From: Eledone cirrhosa
Lineage: Eukaryota
Direction: 5' to 3'
Assembly: GCA_964016885.1 (NCBI GenBank)
Contig: OZ024752.1
Location: forward strand, 20,274,001 to 20,338,000
DNA: 64,000 nt
Part shown: piece by piece, positions 13,940 through 25,804 of the stretch
How positions within the stretch are numbered: the stretch's first letter is position 1
Layout: each line of letters opens with the position of its first letter
Position numbers and translations under genes: made by a program
Notes under the pieces: model-generated
The model's database searches: none
The model's input: only the letters and a program-made list of their open reading frames with translations
Told to the model about the DNA's origin: nothing

Positions 13940-14215
13940 TGAAATGGAGCCTACATTTCACATCTGGTTGGGGTCTAGTACCCGCTTTGAGGGGCCTACA
14001 TCTCACATCTGGCTTGGGCCTGTTGCCTGTTTCAAAGAGGCCTTCATTTTACATTTGGCTTGAGCCTATTTCCAGTTTGAAGGGACTTCATTTCACATTT
14101 GACCAGAGCCTACAACCAACTTTGAGAGGCCTACATCTCACATCTGGTTTGGGCCTGTTACAGGTTATCTGTTTTCAGGAGCCTGTTACTGGTTTTGAGG
14201 GGCGTTCATTTCAAC
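13940..14215. repeat. Degenerate ~45-bp tandem repeat
   Basis: Recurring ggcctacatctcacatctggtttgggcctgtt-like units. Confidence 0.7.
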
Positions 14216-14263
14216 TCTGTCTATTACGAGCTTTACATGAGCCGGCTTGGTTGTACTACTTAC

Positions 14264-14395
14264 CTCTGCAACCTTTTTCATCACTGCCATCGTCACATTC
14301 ATCTCTGTTGTTACACCGCCATTTGCCTAAAATACACTTCCCATTCTGACAACGGAATTCATCTCTGGCACACTGTCGATGAGAAGGAACATGGC
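14264..14395 (-). CDS. Host gene exon: LDL-receptor class A repeat 1 (not in the ORF track)
   Basis: tttcag| ... |gtaagt, 132 nt, phase 1-1. [44 protein letters not shown] is a canonical LDLa repeat. Confidence 0.95.
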
Positions 14396-14859
14396 CTGAA
14401 AGAAGAAAGGTCAATGGTTAAGATAGTTACAACTGAGTCAATGAGGAGTCACTTTATCTGCTAGAAACAGCAGCCAAACCAAAAATTACACTTTACTATT
14501 TAAAACAAAGATATATATTGGTCACATCTGGAAAGCCTTGATCAGAGGTCTACTTGAATAGGGCTGGCCTAGGGCTAAACAAGAGTGCCTTTAAAAATAG
14601 AAATAGTAAAATTAACGAGCAAGAGGCTGGACATTCCAGACATGTGTCTTTTTAACATAGTTGTCAGGGATATTCAGTGTGACACAATGTGTGACATGAC
14701 TAGCCTTTTGAATTGCAGAAAAGTCATTGCCAACAGAAGCAATGTGGAATAAAGGGTCTTGCTCAAGGACATAATGTGTTGCCAGGAATCAACTTCACAA
14801 TCATGGACTAAATCCCCTAACCACTAAGCCATGTACCTTCAATATATATATATATGTCA

Positions 14860-15015
14860 TCAGCATCATCGTTTAACATCCACTTTCCACACTAGCATGG
14901 ATTAAACAGGTTGTCCCATTTGAGGCAAGTTGGGTCAGGTGACCATGTCTTGCTCACATAGAACTGTTTCTGGCTAGATTTCTACAGCTAGATGTCCTTC
15001 CTAATGCTAACCTCA
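14860..15015 (-). mobile_element. Diverged RTE 3'UTR fragment
   Basis: Homologous to 4910-5060; sits in an (AT)n tract. Confidence 0.7.
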
Positions 15016-15065
15016 TATATATATATATATATATAGTTCAGTAGAAAGATAAAGCTATAGTATAC

Positions 15066-15265
15066 CTGTGATATACTCCAATAGAAAGCCATGTCCAGGT
15101 CGCCAAGTACCATTGATAACATATCGTACAATCACGTGGTCTCTTTGAGATATGTAGGTATTTTCTCCATTTCCACAGAATCTCTTGTGTGGTAATGGGT
15201 CAAATTCTAGGTATGCATTATCACACGGACCACTTTTACTGGAACTGGTATTCAGATATAATAAA
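15066..15265 (-). CDS. Host gene exon: CUB domain, second half
   Basis: ttccag| ... |gtatac, 200 nt, phase 2-1. LLYLNTSSSKSGPCDNAYLEFDPLPHKRFCGNGENTYISQRDHVIVRYVINGTWRPGHGFLLEYIT carries the CUB motifs C..xYL, FCG and GF.L.Y. Confidence 0.9.
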
Positions 15266-15402
15266 CTGGAAGTGATAAAAATGAAGAAAAATGTCAAATG
15301 TTGAACCAGAGGTGATTTTGAATGTATTGGTATCAAAAGGGTTAAGTATTCAGAAAATAAAGATCAACTGGTCAAGAGAGAAAGATATGAATTGCTACTC
15401 AC

Positions 15403-15538
15403 TTTATTGTAACTATTCCATTTTGGGGTGCTCGTATAAACCAAATGTATTGACACAGTTTATTTTGAGGACCATTAGAGATTTTGACAAATGATATGTT
15501 TCCAGTTCTATTTTGAAGAACCTCCTTTGATCCACAAT
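15403..15538 (-). CDS. Host gene exon: CUB domain, first half (not in the ORF track)
   Basis: tttcag| ... |gtgagt, 136 nt, phase 1-2. DCGSKEVLQNRTGNISFVKISNGPQNKLCQYIWFIRAPQNGIVTIN joins in frame to the next exon. Confidence 0.88.
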
Positions 15539-15613
15539 CTGAAACAGAAACAAAGATTCACTGTTACCATTAATTTAAAATTTCAACATACCTTCAACCT
15601 ATCTGTCATCATT

Positions 15614-15803
15614 GCGGTGGATTGGCAGTATCGGTAGAGAGTCGGAAGCCATGCTTTGAAGCATAGAGTTACGTCCCTTTACAGTAGGAGTTCAAATCCC
15701 GCCGAGGTTAACTTTGCCTTTCATCCTTACGGGGTCGATAAAATAAAGTACCAGTAATGTACTGGATAATTGCTGGCCTTGTGCCAAAAAATAGAAACAA
15801 TTA
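15614..15803 (+). mobile_element. tRNA-derived SINE (same family as 9862-10050)
   Basis: gcggtggattggcagtatcggtag...gagttcaaatcccgccgagg...agaaacaatt. Confidence 0.88.
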
Positions 15804-15859
15804 TAAACTATAGTAATTTCCATTGTATTTATTGTTAGGTGAGATGAAGGTTGGGTGAA

Positions 15860-16200
15860 AGTGTGTGATGGTCCAGTGGTTAGGATGTTGGACTCACAAT
15901 CATAATGTAATAGATTCAGTTCCTGGACTGGGCAATGTGCTGTGTCCTTGAACAAGACACTTCATTTCACATTCGTCAGATTCACTCAGATGAAAAAATA
16001 TGAAAGTCAATAGCAGCTGAGGATTAACCCCAGCAACAGACTGGTGTCTGTTTAATGTAAATCTCCCTGAGATTACATTCAAGCTAAACGTGTTTCTGGA
16101 ATGCTTTGCCACTTACACGTTAATTTCACAAGTTGCCTGTTCCACTGATCAAACTGGAACATTCATCATTGAAACTGGTGGAGGTCCATTCAATTACAGA
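15860..16200 (+). mobile_element. Older tRNA-derived SINE, second family
   Basis: tRNA-like head tggtccagtggttagg, then gtgtccttgaacaagacacttcattt. Related reverse fragments at ~14690-14842 and ~49680-49780. Confidence 0.6.
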
Positions 16201-17159
16201 CTATTCCATTTTACTATACTCCACTACAAAGTAAAGTATATACTAGTGATACACACCTCTATAAGACACAACAGGAATATGTCCAAAAGAGAACCTTTAT
16301 ACAATTTTTCAACAATCGTACAACTTTTACAGACAAACCCTGTTACTTTAATTTTAATAAAACATTAAATCAAACAAATGTTGTTTAGAGAGAGAATTTA
16401 TTCATATATTTTTTTTAAATGTTTTAGAGAGAGAATTTATTTATATAAAAACAAATATTTTTTGATCAAATTTTATTAAAAGACACTTAATCTCACAGAA
16501 CACCAGAATTTTTGTGTAAAACCCTGGTGTTTCTTAGACACACTTTGGGAAAGACTGCCCTTCAGTAGTATGATGGAATGCAACATCAACATGTGTTATA
16601 TTTAGTAACATGAGGTTTTGGTTAATTAAAACATTTGCCTGAATTCTAAGCATAACTGCCACACCCAGCACTAACCACTCAACCATGAAGAGGCAGTGGC
16701 CTTTTCTTTTAAATCTATGTTGACAGAGGCAAATAGTAAAATAGTAAAGTGGTGTGCTATGGCTAAGGTTTACAGTTGAGGCTGACTGAGGTGTCTAGTA
16801 GAGTGGTGTGTCTTGTCTAGGGCTTACAGGTGAGGCTGACTGAGGTGTTTGTCCAAGTTTTACAGCTGAGGTTGACTGAAGAGAGTAGAGTGGTGTGTCT
16901 TTATCAGAGCTGTGATATCTCAATTCAGAGAAGTAGTGGCTCTACCTGAACTGACTCTCTGATCTCTGAGCTATGGATTGACTCTAATGAGTAACATTAC
17001 TCCAAAGACCCTTCAAAGGAACCCCATTTCGACCACTTTTATTCGCGATTGTATTCTTTCCGTCATTACCCAAGATTCATGACCAAAGGTAAGGGTTGGC
17101 ACCAATACCAAATTGAAGATAGCGAGTTTAGCTTTTACACCTGCCTCCCTTCTTTAGTT

Positions 17160-17500
17160 AGATAGTCCACACCCACTTTATCTGCTCATCTAGCCCTCAC
17201 CCAGATAAACCACACTCACTCAAGTTGTCTCCCCAGACAGTCCACATTCACTTTGTTTATCCAGATAGCCCACACTCATTTTATCTGCTCAGATAGCCCT
17301 CACTCAAGTTGTCTGCCCAGATAACCCACACCCACTTTGTCTACCCAGATAATCTATACTCACTTTGTCTGACTAAAGAACCCACATTGACCTTGCCCAG
17401 ATAGTCTACACTCACTCTATCTGCTCAAATAGCCCTCACCCTAGTTATCTGCCTAGATAAACTGCACTCTGTCTGCGCAGATAAACTTTGCTCACCAAGC
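17160..17500. repeat. Degenerate ~27-bp tandem repeat
   Basis: Recurring cccagatagcccacactcactttgtct-like units. Confidence 0.7.
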
Positions 17501-17970
17501 TAGAAACTTACTGAGGAAATGTATGAGGTTAGATGTTTAGATAAGTTAACTCCACTAAAACTGTTACTGAACTGATCTACAACATAGTTCGCCTATGTCC
17601 ACCAAATCATGACCATATGGCCAACTGACCAGTTTCCATACAGATACGCCCCTTCCTGACCACACACACACATACACTAATTTCCCAAAAATCAACAGCC
17701 ACCTACCCCGTCCAGTCCTTGATCCCCCACCCACAAACTGTCGCTATTAACGGTAGTAAGTCTACTGTTATGCTGGTAAATCAATATTATCAGATATTCT
17801 GCACACTATCATATCTGGTGACTGCTACCCGCCCCCTCCACACCAAAACTCCTCCTCCTCCTCCTCCTATCAACATTACGATGACATTTATCAAAAATTG
17901 AATGAAATACCACAGAAGCTTGTTAACATTGAGAAGGGAAAAATCAAGTCAACAAATTGCAGAAGGACAT

Positions 17971-20900
17971 TAATGTGTGTCTGTGTAATATAACATAATA
18001 TAATGTGTGTCTGTGTAATATAACATAATATAATGTGTGTCTGTGTAATATAACATAATATAATGTGTGTCTGTGTAATATAACATAATATAATGTGTGT
18101 CTGTGTAATATAACATAATATATAGTGTGTCTGTGTAATATAACATAATATAATGTGTGTCTGTGTAATATAACATAATATAATGTGTGTCTGTGTAATA
18201 TAACATAATATAATGTGTGTCTGTGTAATATAACATAATATAATGTGTGTCTGTGTAATATAACATAATATAATGTGTGTCTGTGTAATATAACATAATA
18301 TAATGTGTGTCTGTGTAATATAACATAATATAATGTGTGTCTGTGTAATATAACATAATATAATGTGTGTCTGTGTAATATAACATAATATATAGTGTGT
18401 CTGTGTAATATAACATAATATAATGTGTGTCTGTGTAATATAACATAATATAATGTGTGTCTGTGTAATATAACATAATATAATGTGTGTCTGTGTAATA
18501 TAACATAATATAATGTGTGTCTGTGTAATATAACATAATATAATGTGTGTCTGTGTAATATAACATAATATAATGTGTGTCTGTGTAATATAACATAATA
18601 TAATGTGTGTCTGTGTAATATAACATAATATAATGTGTGTCTGTGTAATATAACATAATATAATGTGTGTCTGTGTAATATAACATAATATATAGTGTGT
18701 CTGTGTAATATAACATAATATACTCTGTGTGTGTCTGTGTAATATAACATGATATACTGTGTGTGTCTGTGTAATATAACATGATATACTGTGTGTGTCT
18801 GTGTAATATAACATAATATACTGTGTGTATCTGTGTAATATAACATAATATACTGTGTGTATCTGTGTAATATAACATAATATACTGTGTGTGTCTGTGT
18901 AATATAACATAATATATAGTGTGTCTGTGTAATACAACATAATATATAGTGTGTCTGTGTAATATAACATGATATACTGTGTGTGTCTGTGTAATACAAC
19001 ATAATATACTGTGTGTATCTGTGTAATATAACATAATATACTGTGTGTGTCTGTGTAATACAACATGATATACTGTGTGTGTCTGTGTAATATAACATGA
19101 TATACTGTGTGTGTCTGTGTAATATAACATAATATACTGTGTGTGTCTGTGTAATATAACATAATATACTGTGTGTGTCTGTGTAATATAACATAATATA
19201 TAGTGTGTCTGTGTAATACAACATAATATATAGTGTGTCTGTGTAATATAACATAATATACTGTGTGTATCTGTGTAATACAACATAATATATAGTGTGT
19301 CTGTGTAATACAACATAATATATAGTGTGTCTGTGTAATATAACATAATATATAGTGTGTCTGTGTAATACAACATAATATATAGTGTGTCTGTGTAATA
19401 TAACATAATATATAGTGTGTCTGTGTAATATAACATAATATATAGTGTGTCTGTGTAATATAACATAATATATAGTGTGTCTGTGTAATATAACATGATA
19501 TACTGTGTGTGTCTGTGTAATACATAATATACTGTGTGTGTCTGTGTAATACAACATAATATACTGTGTGTGTCTGTGTAATATAACATGATATACTGTG
19601 TGTGTCTGTGTAATATAACATAATATACTGTGTGTGTCTGTGTAATATAACATAATATATAGTGTGTCTGTGTAATATAACATAATATATAGTGTGTCTG
19701 TGTAATATAACATAATATACTGTGTGTGTCTGTGTAATACAACATAATATACTGTGTGTGTCTGTGTAATATAACATGATATACTGTGTGTGTCTGTGTA
19801 ATATAACATAATATACTGTGTGTGTCTGTGTAATATAACATGATATACTGTGTGTCTGTGTAATATAACATAATATACTGTGTGTGTCTGTGTAATATAA
19901 CATGATATACTGTGTGTGTCTGTGTAATATAACATAATATACTGTGTGTGTCTGTGTAATACAACATAATATACTGTGTGTGTCTGTGTAATATAACATA
20001 ATATACTGTGTGTGTCTGTGTAATACAACATAATATACTGTGTGTGTCTGTGTATATAACATAATATACTGTGTGTGTCTGTGTAATATAACATGATATA
20101 CTGTGTGTATCTGTGTAATATAACATAATATGCTGTGTGTGTCTGTGTAATATAACATGATATACTGTGTGTGTCTGTGTAATATAACATAATATATAGT
20201 GTGTCTGTGTAATATAACATAATATACTGTGTGTGTCTGTGTAATATAACATGATATACTGTGTGGGTCTGTGTAATATAACATGATATACTGTGTGTGT
20301 CTGTGTAATATAACATAATATATAGTGTGTGTGTAATATAACATAATATACTGTGTGTGTCTGTGTAATATAACATGATATACTGTGTGTGTCTGTGTAA
20401 TATAACATAATATATAGTGTGTCTGTGTAATATAACATAATATACTGTGTGTGTCTGTGTAATATAACATAATATACTGTGTGTGTCTGTGTAATATAAC
20501 ATAATATATAGTGTGTCTGTGTAATACAACATAATATATAGTGTGTCTGTGTAATATAACATAATATACTGTGTGTGTCTGTGTAATATAACATAATATA
20601 TAGTGTGTCTGTGTAATATAACATAATATATAGTGTGTCTGTGTAATATAACATAATATATAGTGTGTCTGTGTAATATAACATGATATACTGTGTGTGT
20701 CTGTGTAATATAACATAATATACTGTGTGTGTCTGTGTAATATAACATAATATACTGTGTGTGTCTGTGTAATACAACATAATATACTGTGTGTGTCTGT
20801 GTAATACAACATAATATACTGTGTGTGTCTGTGTAATACAACATAATATACTGTGTGTGTCTGTGTAATACAACATAATATACTGTGTATCTGTGTAATA

Positions 20901-23900
20901 TAACATAATATATAGTGTGTCTGTGTAATATAACATAATATATAGTGTGTCTGTGTAATATAACATAATATATAGTGTGTCTGTGTAATATAACATAATA
21001 TATAGTGTGTCTGTGTAATATAACATGATATACTGTGTGTGTCTGTGTAATACAACATAATATACTGTGTGTGTCTGTGTAATACAACATAATATACTGT
21101 GTGTGTCTGTGTAATATAACATGATATACTGTGTGTGTCTGTGTAATATAACATAATATACTGTGTGTGTCTGTGTAATATAACATAATATATAGTGTGT
21201 CTGTGTAATATAACATAATATATAGTGTGTCTGTGTAATATAACATAATATACTGTGTGTGTCTGTGTAATACAACATAATATACTGTGTGTGTCTGTGT
21301 AATATAACATGATATACTGTGTGTGTCTGTGTAATATAACATAATATACTCTGTGTGTCTGTGTAATATAACATGATATACTGTGTGTTTGTGTAATATA
21401 ACATAATATACTGTGTGTGTCTGTGTAATATAACATGATATACTGTGTGTGTCTGTGTAATATAACATAATATACTGTGTGTGTCTGTGTAATACAACAT
21501 AATATACTGTGTGTGTGTGTAATATGACATAATATATAGTGTGTCTGTGTAATACAACATAATATACTGTGTGTGTCTGTGTAATACAACATAATATACT
21601 GTGTGTGTCTGTGTAATATAACATAATATACTGTGTGTGTCTGTGTAATACAACATAATATACTGTGTGTGTCTGTGTATATAACATAATATACTGTGTG
21701 TGTCTGTGTAATATAACATGTTATACTGTGTGTATCTGTGTAATATAACATAATATGCTGTGTGTGTCTGTGTAATATAACATAATATATAGTGTGTCTG
21801 TGTAATATAACATAATATACTGTGTGTGTCTGTGTAATATAACATAATATATAGTGTGTCTGTATAATATAACATGATATACTGTGTGTGTCTGTGTAAT
21901 ATAACATAATATATAGTGTGTCTGTGTAATATAACATGATAAACTGTGTGTATCTGTGTAATATAACATAATATACTGTGTGTGTCTGTGTAATATAACA
22001 TAATATACTGTGTGTATCTGTGTAATACAACATAATATACTGTGTGTATCTGTGTAATACAACATAATATATAGTGTGTCTGTGTAATATAACATAATAT
22101 ACTGTGTGTATCTGTGTAATATAACATAATATATAGTGTGTCTGTGTAATATAACATAATATACTGTGTGTGTCTGTGTAATATAACATAATATACTGTG
22201 TGTGTCTGTGTAATATAACATAATATACTGTGTGTATCTGTGTAATATAACATAATATATAGTGTGTCTGTGTAATACAACATAATATACTGTGTGTCTG
22301 TGTAATATAACATAATATACTGTGTGTGTCTGTGTAATACAACATAATATATAGTGTGTCTGTGTAATATAACATAATATACTGTGTGTATCTGTGTAAT
22401 ATAACATAATATATAGTGTGTCTGTGTAATATAACATAATATACTGTGTGTGTCTGTGTAATATAACATAATATACTGTGTGTGTCTGTGTAATATAACA
22501 TAATATACTGTGTGTATCTGTGTAATATAACATAATATATAGTGTGTCTGTGTAATACAACATAATATACTGTGTGTCTGTGTAATATAACATAATATAC
22601 TGTGTGTCTGTGTAATATAACATAATATACTGTATGTGTCTGTGTAATACAACATAATATACTGTGTGTATCTGTGTAATACAACATAATATACTGTGTG
22701 TCTGTGTAATATAACATGATATATAGTGTGTCTGTATAATATAACATAATATATTGTGTGTGTCTGTGTAAGATAACATAATATACTGTGTGTGTGTGTA
22801 ATATAACATAATATACTGTGTGTATCTGTGTAATATAACATAATATACTGTGTGTCTGTGTAATACAACATAATATATAATGTGTCTGTGTAATACAACA
22901 TAATATATAATGTGTGTCTGTGTAATACAACATAATATATAATGTGTGTCTGCGTAATATAACATAATATATAGTGTGTCTGTGTAATACAACATAATAT
23001 ACTGTGTGTGTCTGTGTAATATAACATAATATACTGTGTGTATCTGTGTAATATAACATAATATACTGTGTGTATCTGTGTAATACAACATAATATACTG
23101 TGTGTGTCTGTGTAATACAACATAATATACTATGTGTCTGTGTAATATAACATAATATACTGTGTGTGTCTGTGTAATACAACATAATATACTGTGTGTC
23201 TGTGTAATATAACATAATATACTGTGTGTGTCTGTGTAATATAACATAATATACTGTGTGTATCTGTGTAATATAACATAATATACTGTGTGTATCTGTG
23301 TAATATAACATAATATATAGTGTGTCTGTGTAATATAACATAATATACTGTGTGTCTGTGTAATATAACATAATATACTGTGTGTGTCTGTGTAATACAA
23401 CATAATATACTGTGTGTGTCTGTGTAATACAACATAATATACTGTGTCTGTGTAATACAACATAATATACTGTGTGTCTGTGTAATATAACATAATATAC
23501 TGTGTGTCTGTGTAATATAACATAATATACTGTGTGTCTGTGTAATACAACATAATATACTGTGTGTCTGTGTAATATAACATAATATACTGTGTGTGTC
23601 TGTGTAATATAACATAATATACTGTGTGTGTCTGTGTAATACAACATAATATACTGTGTGTCTGTGTAATATAACATAATATACTGTGTGTCTGTGTAAT
23701 ACAACATAATATACTGTGTGTGTCTGTGTAATACAACATAATATACTGTGTGTATCTGTGTAATATAACATAATATATAGTGTGTCTGTGTAATACAACA
23801 TAATATACTGTGTGTGTCTGTGTAATACAACATAATATACTGTGTGTATCTGTGTAATATAACATAATATACTGTGTGTGTCTGTGTAATATAACATAAT

Positions 23901-24404
23901 ATACTGTGGGTGTCTGTGTAATACAACATAATATAATGTGTGTGTCTGTGTAATACAACATATATACTGTGTGTGTCTGTGTAATATAACATAATATACT
24001 GTGTGTATCTGTGTAATATAACATAATATACTGTGTGTGTCTGTGTAATATAACATAATATACTGTGGGTGTCTGTGTAATACAACATAATATAATGTGT
24101 GTGTCTGTGTAATACAACATATATACTGTGTGTGTCTGTGTAATATAACATAATATACTGTGTGTATCTGTGTAATACAACATAATATATAGTGTGTCTG
24201 TGTAATACAACATAATATATAGTGGGTCTGTGTAATACAACATAATATACTGTGTGTGTCTGTGTAATATAACATAATATACTGTGTGTATCTGTGTAAT
24301 ATAACATAATATACTGTGTGTGTCTGTGTAATACAACATAATATACTGTGTGTGTCTGTGTAATACAACATAATATACTGTGTGTCTGTGTAATATAACA
24401 TAAT
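17971..24404. repeat. 30-32-bp satellite, left block
   Basis: Unit tgtgtg(tg)tctgtgtaata(t/c)aacataatatac. Exact 30-bp period over 17971-18720. Confidence 0.98.
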
Positions 24405-24574
24405 TTATTTATTTATTTATTTATTTATTTATTTGTTTACATGCACAGACTCTTCTACACACACACAACATTTAGGAAAACGGAAACAAAATACACAAAA
24501 AAAACAGACATTTTATTTCTATCGTAATCAAGTGCGCTAAACCTATATTGTTTACATTCTGTGTTTTTCTACGG

Positions 24575-25804
24575 ATGGGTAGAAATAACAAAATTGCCAT
24601 GGTGATATCCATCGATGAAATTTGCGACAAAACTGGTCGATGTCCAAAAATAGAACATTGCCCGGAAGATCACACCTGCCATATCTGTACGGAACCCGAA
24701 AACTCGTTCCGTAATCGCTGGGTCGAATGTGGAACCTGTCGCATCTCTGTCTGCCTTCAATGCGCCACAGGCTTCCGGAAGATCCCAGGCCAAAATAAGA
24801 AACATCACATTGCTACGATGGATAGACTCTGGGAGATGGTCCAGCTAACAAACTGGTCCTTTCAGTGCCTGGGCTGTATGCCTGCTTCTCCCATTACTGC
24901 GGAACAACAACAAAGACCGAAGATCGTGTCTTCTACCATTGTTCCTGAACAACAACAACAAAAACCGAGGATCGTGTCTTCCTCTACCATTGTCGCTGAA
25001 CAACAGCAAAAACCAACGACCGTAGCTTCTGCTACTACCCCCGTTGAAGGACTTCATCAACAACAGCAACCCATGTCTTCCTCACCCGTTACTTTTCAAC
25101 AACAACAACCGACGACTGTGTCTTCTACCATTCCTGTTGAAGGAGAAGAACAACAACAAAAACCGACCGTCAATACGGAGTTTGAGGAAATACGGCAAAT
25201 GATTTCCGCTTTAAGTCAAGAAATAGCGGAAATAAAATCAAGCGTTCGCGTAGAACCCCACAATGAGGGATCTTACCGGAGTGCCTTGTTAAAAAATCTC
25301 CGCGTACCTCATGTTGAACCTAGACGCATTGAGAATGCCACTGAAACTGCAAACCACGAAGTGATTGCCATCGGTGTGCCGGAAGACATAGTTGATCTTC
25401 AGGCATTTGCTACCAGTTCATCCAAAGACCTGGGCTGTGCTCCCGCAAAGGGTGCTCTACGCCTTGGCCGACCAGGCCCGAAACCCAGGTTAATTAGACT
25501 GTCGTTTTCAAACTCGGCTGAGGCACGTTCATACCTTGTAGCCTCTGATAAAGCTAGGCGTGAAAGTCGGATTGCTTTCCGAACACGTCCTGGTCTTCCA
25601 CCTGATGTCCGCCCAAAGTTGCGTGCTGCAGCTTCCCTAAACCGCAGCTCGGCAGAACATGAAAGCTTCAGCCTACGAGATGATGGGCAGATATGGAGGT
25701 TTGTTAAGGCTGGCGAATCATGGAAAAGAGACACCAGCTGGTCTGAAAACAGTGTACCCACAACAACTGACAATAAAGAAACTGAAAAAACTCTGGGAAA
25801 CTAA
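24575..25804 (+). CDS. CR1 ORF1 (PHD-like finger, Q/P/T-rich linker, coiled coil, RRM-like domain)
   Basis: First ATG at 24575. CHIC...WVECGTC...VCLQC...FQCLGC; EEIRQMISALSQEIAEIK; IGVPE...RLGR...KPRLIRLSF. Confidence 0.88.
   Translation: MGRNNKIAMVISIDEICDKTGRCPKIEHCPEDHTCHICTEPENSFRNRWVECGTCRISVCLQCATGFRKIPGQNKKHHIATMDRLWEMVQLTNWSFQCLGCMPASPITAEQQQRPKIVSSTIVPEQQQQKPRIVSSSTIVAEQQQKPTTVASATTPVEGLHQQQQPMSSSPVTFQQQQPTTVSSTIPVEGEEQQQKPTVNTEFEEIRQMISALSQEIAEIKSSVRVEPHNEGSYRSALLKNLRVPHVEPRRIENATETANHEVIAIGVPEDIVDLQAFATSSSKDLGCAPAKGALRLGRPGPKPRLIRLSFSNSAEARSYLVASDKARRESRIAFRTRPGLPPDVRPKLRAAASLNRSSAEHESFSLRDDGQIWRFVKAGESWKRDTSWSENSVPTTTDNKETEKTLGN

Noticed and set aside
15614-15710. tRNA gene
   Set aside because: The A/B boxes belong to a multi-copy SINE head; no cloverleaf.
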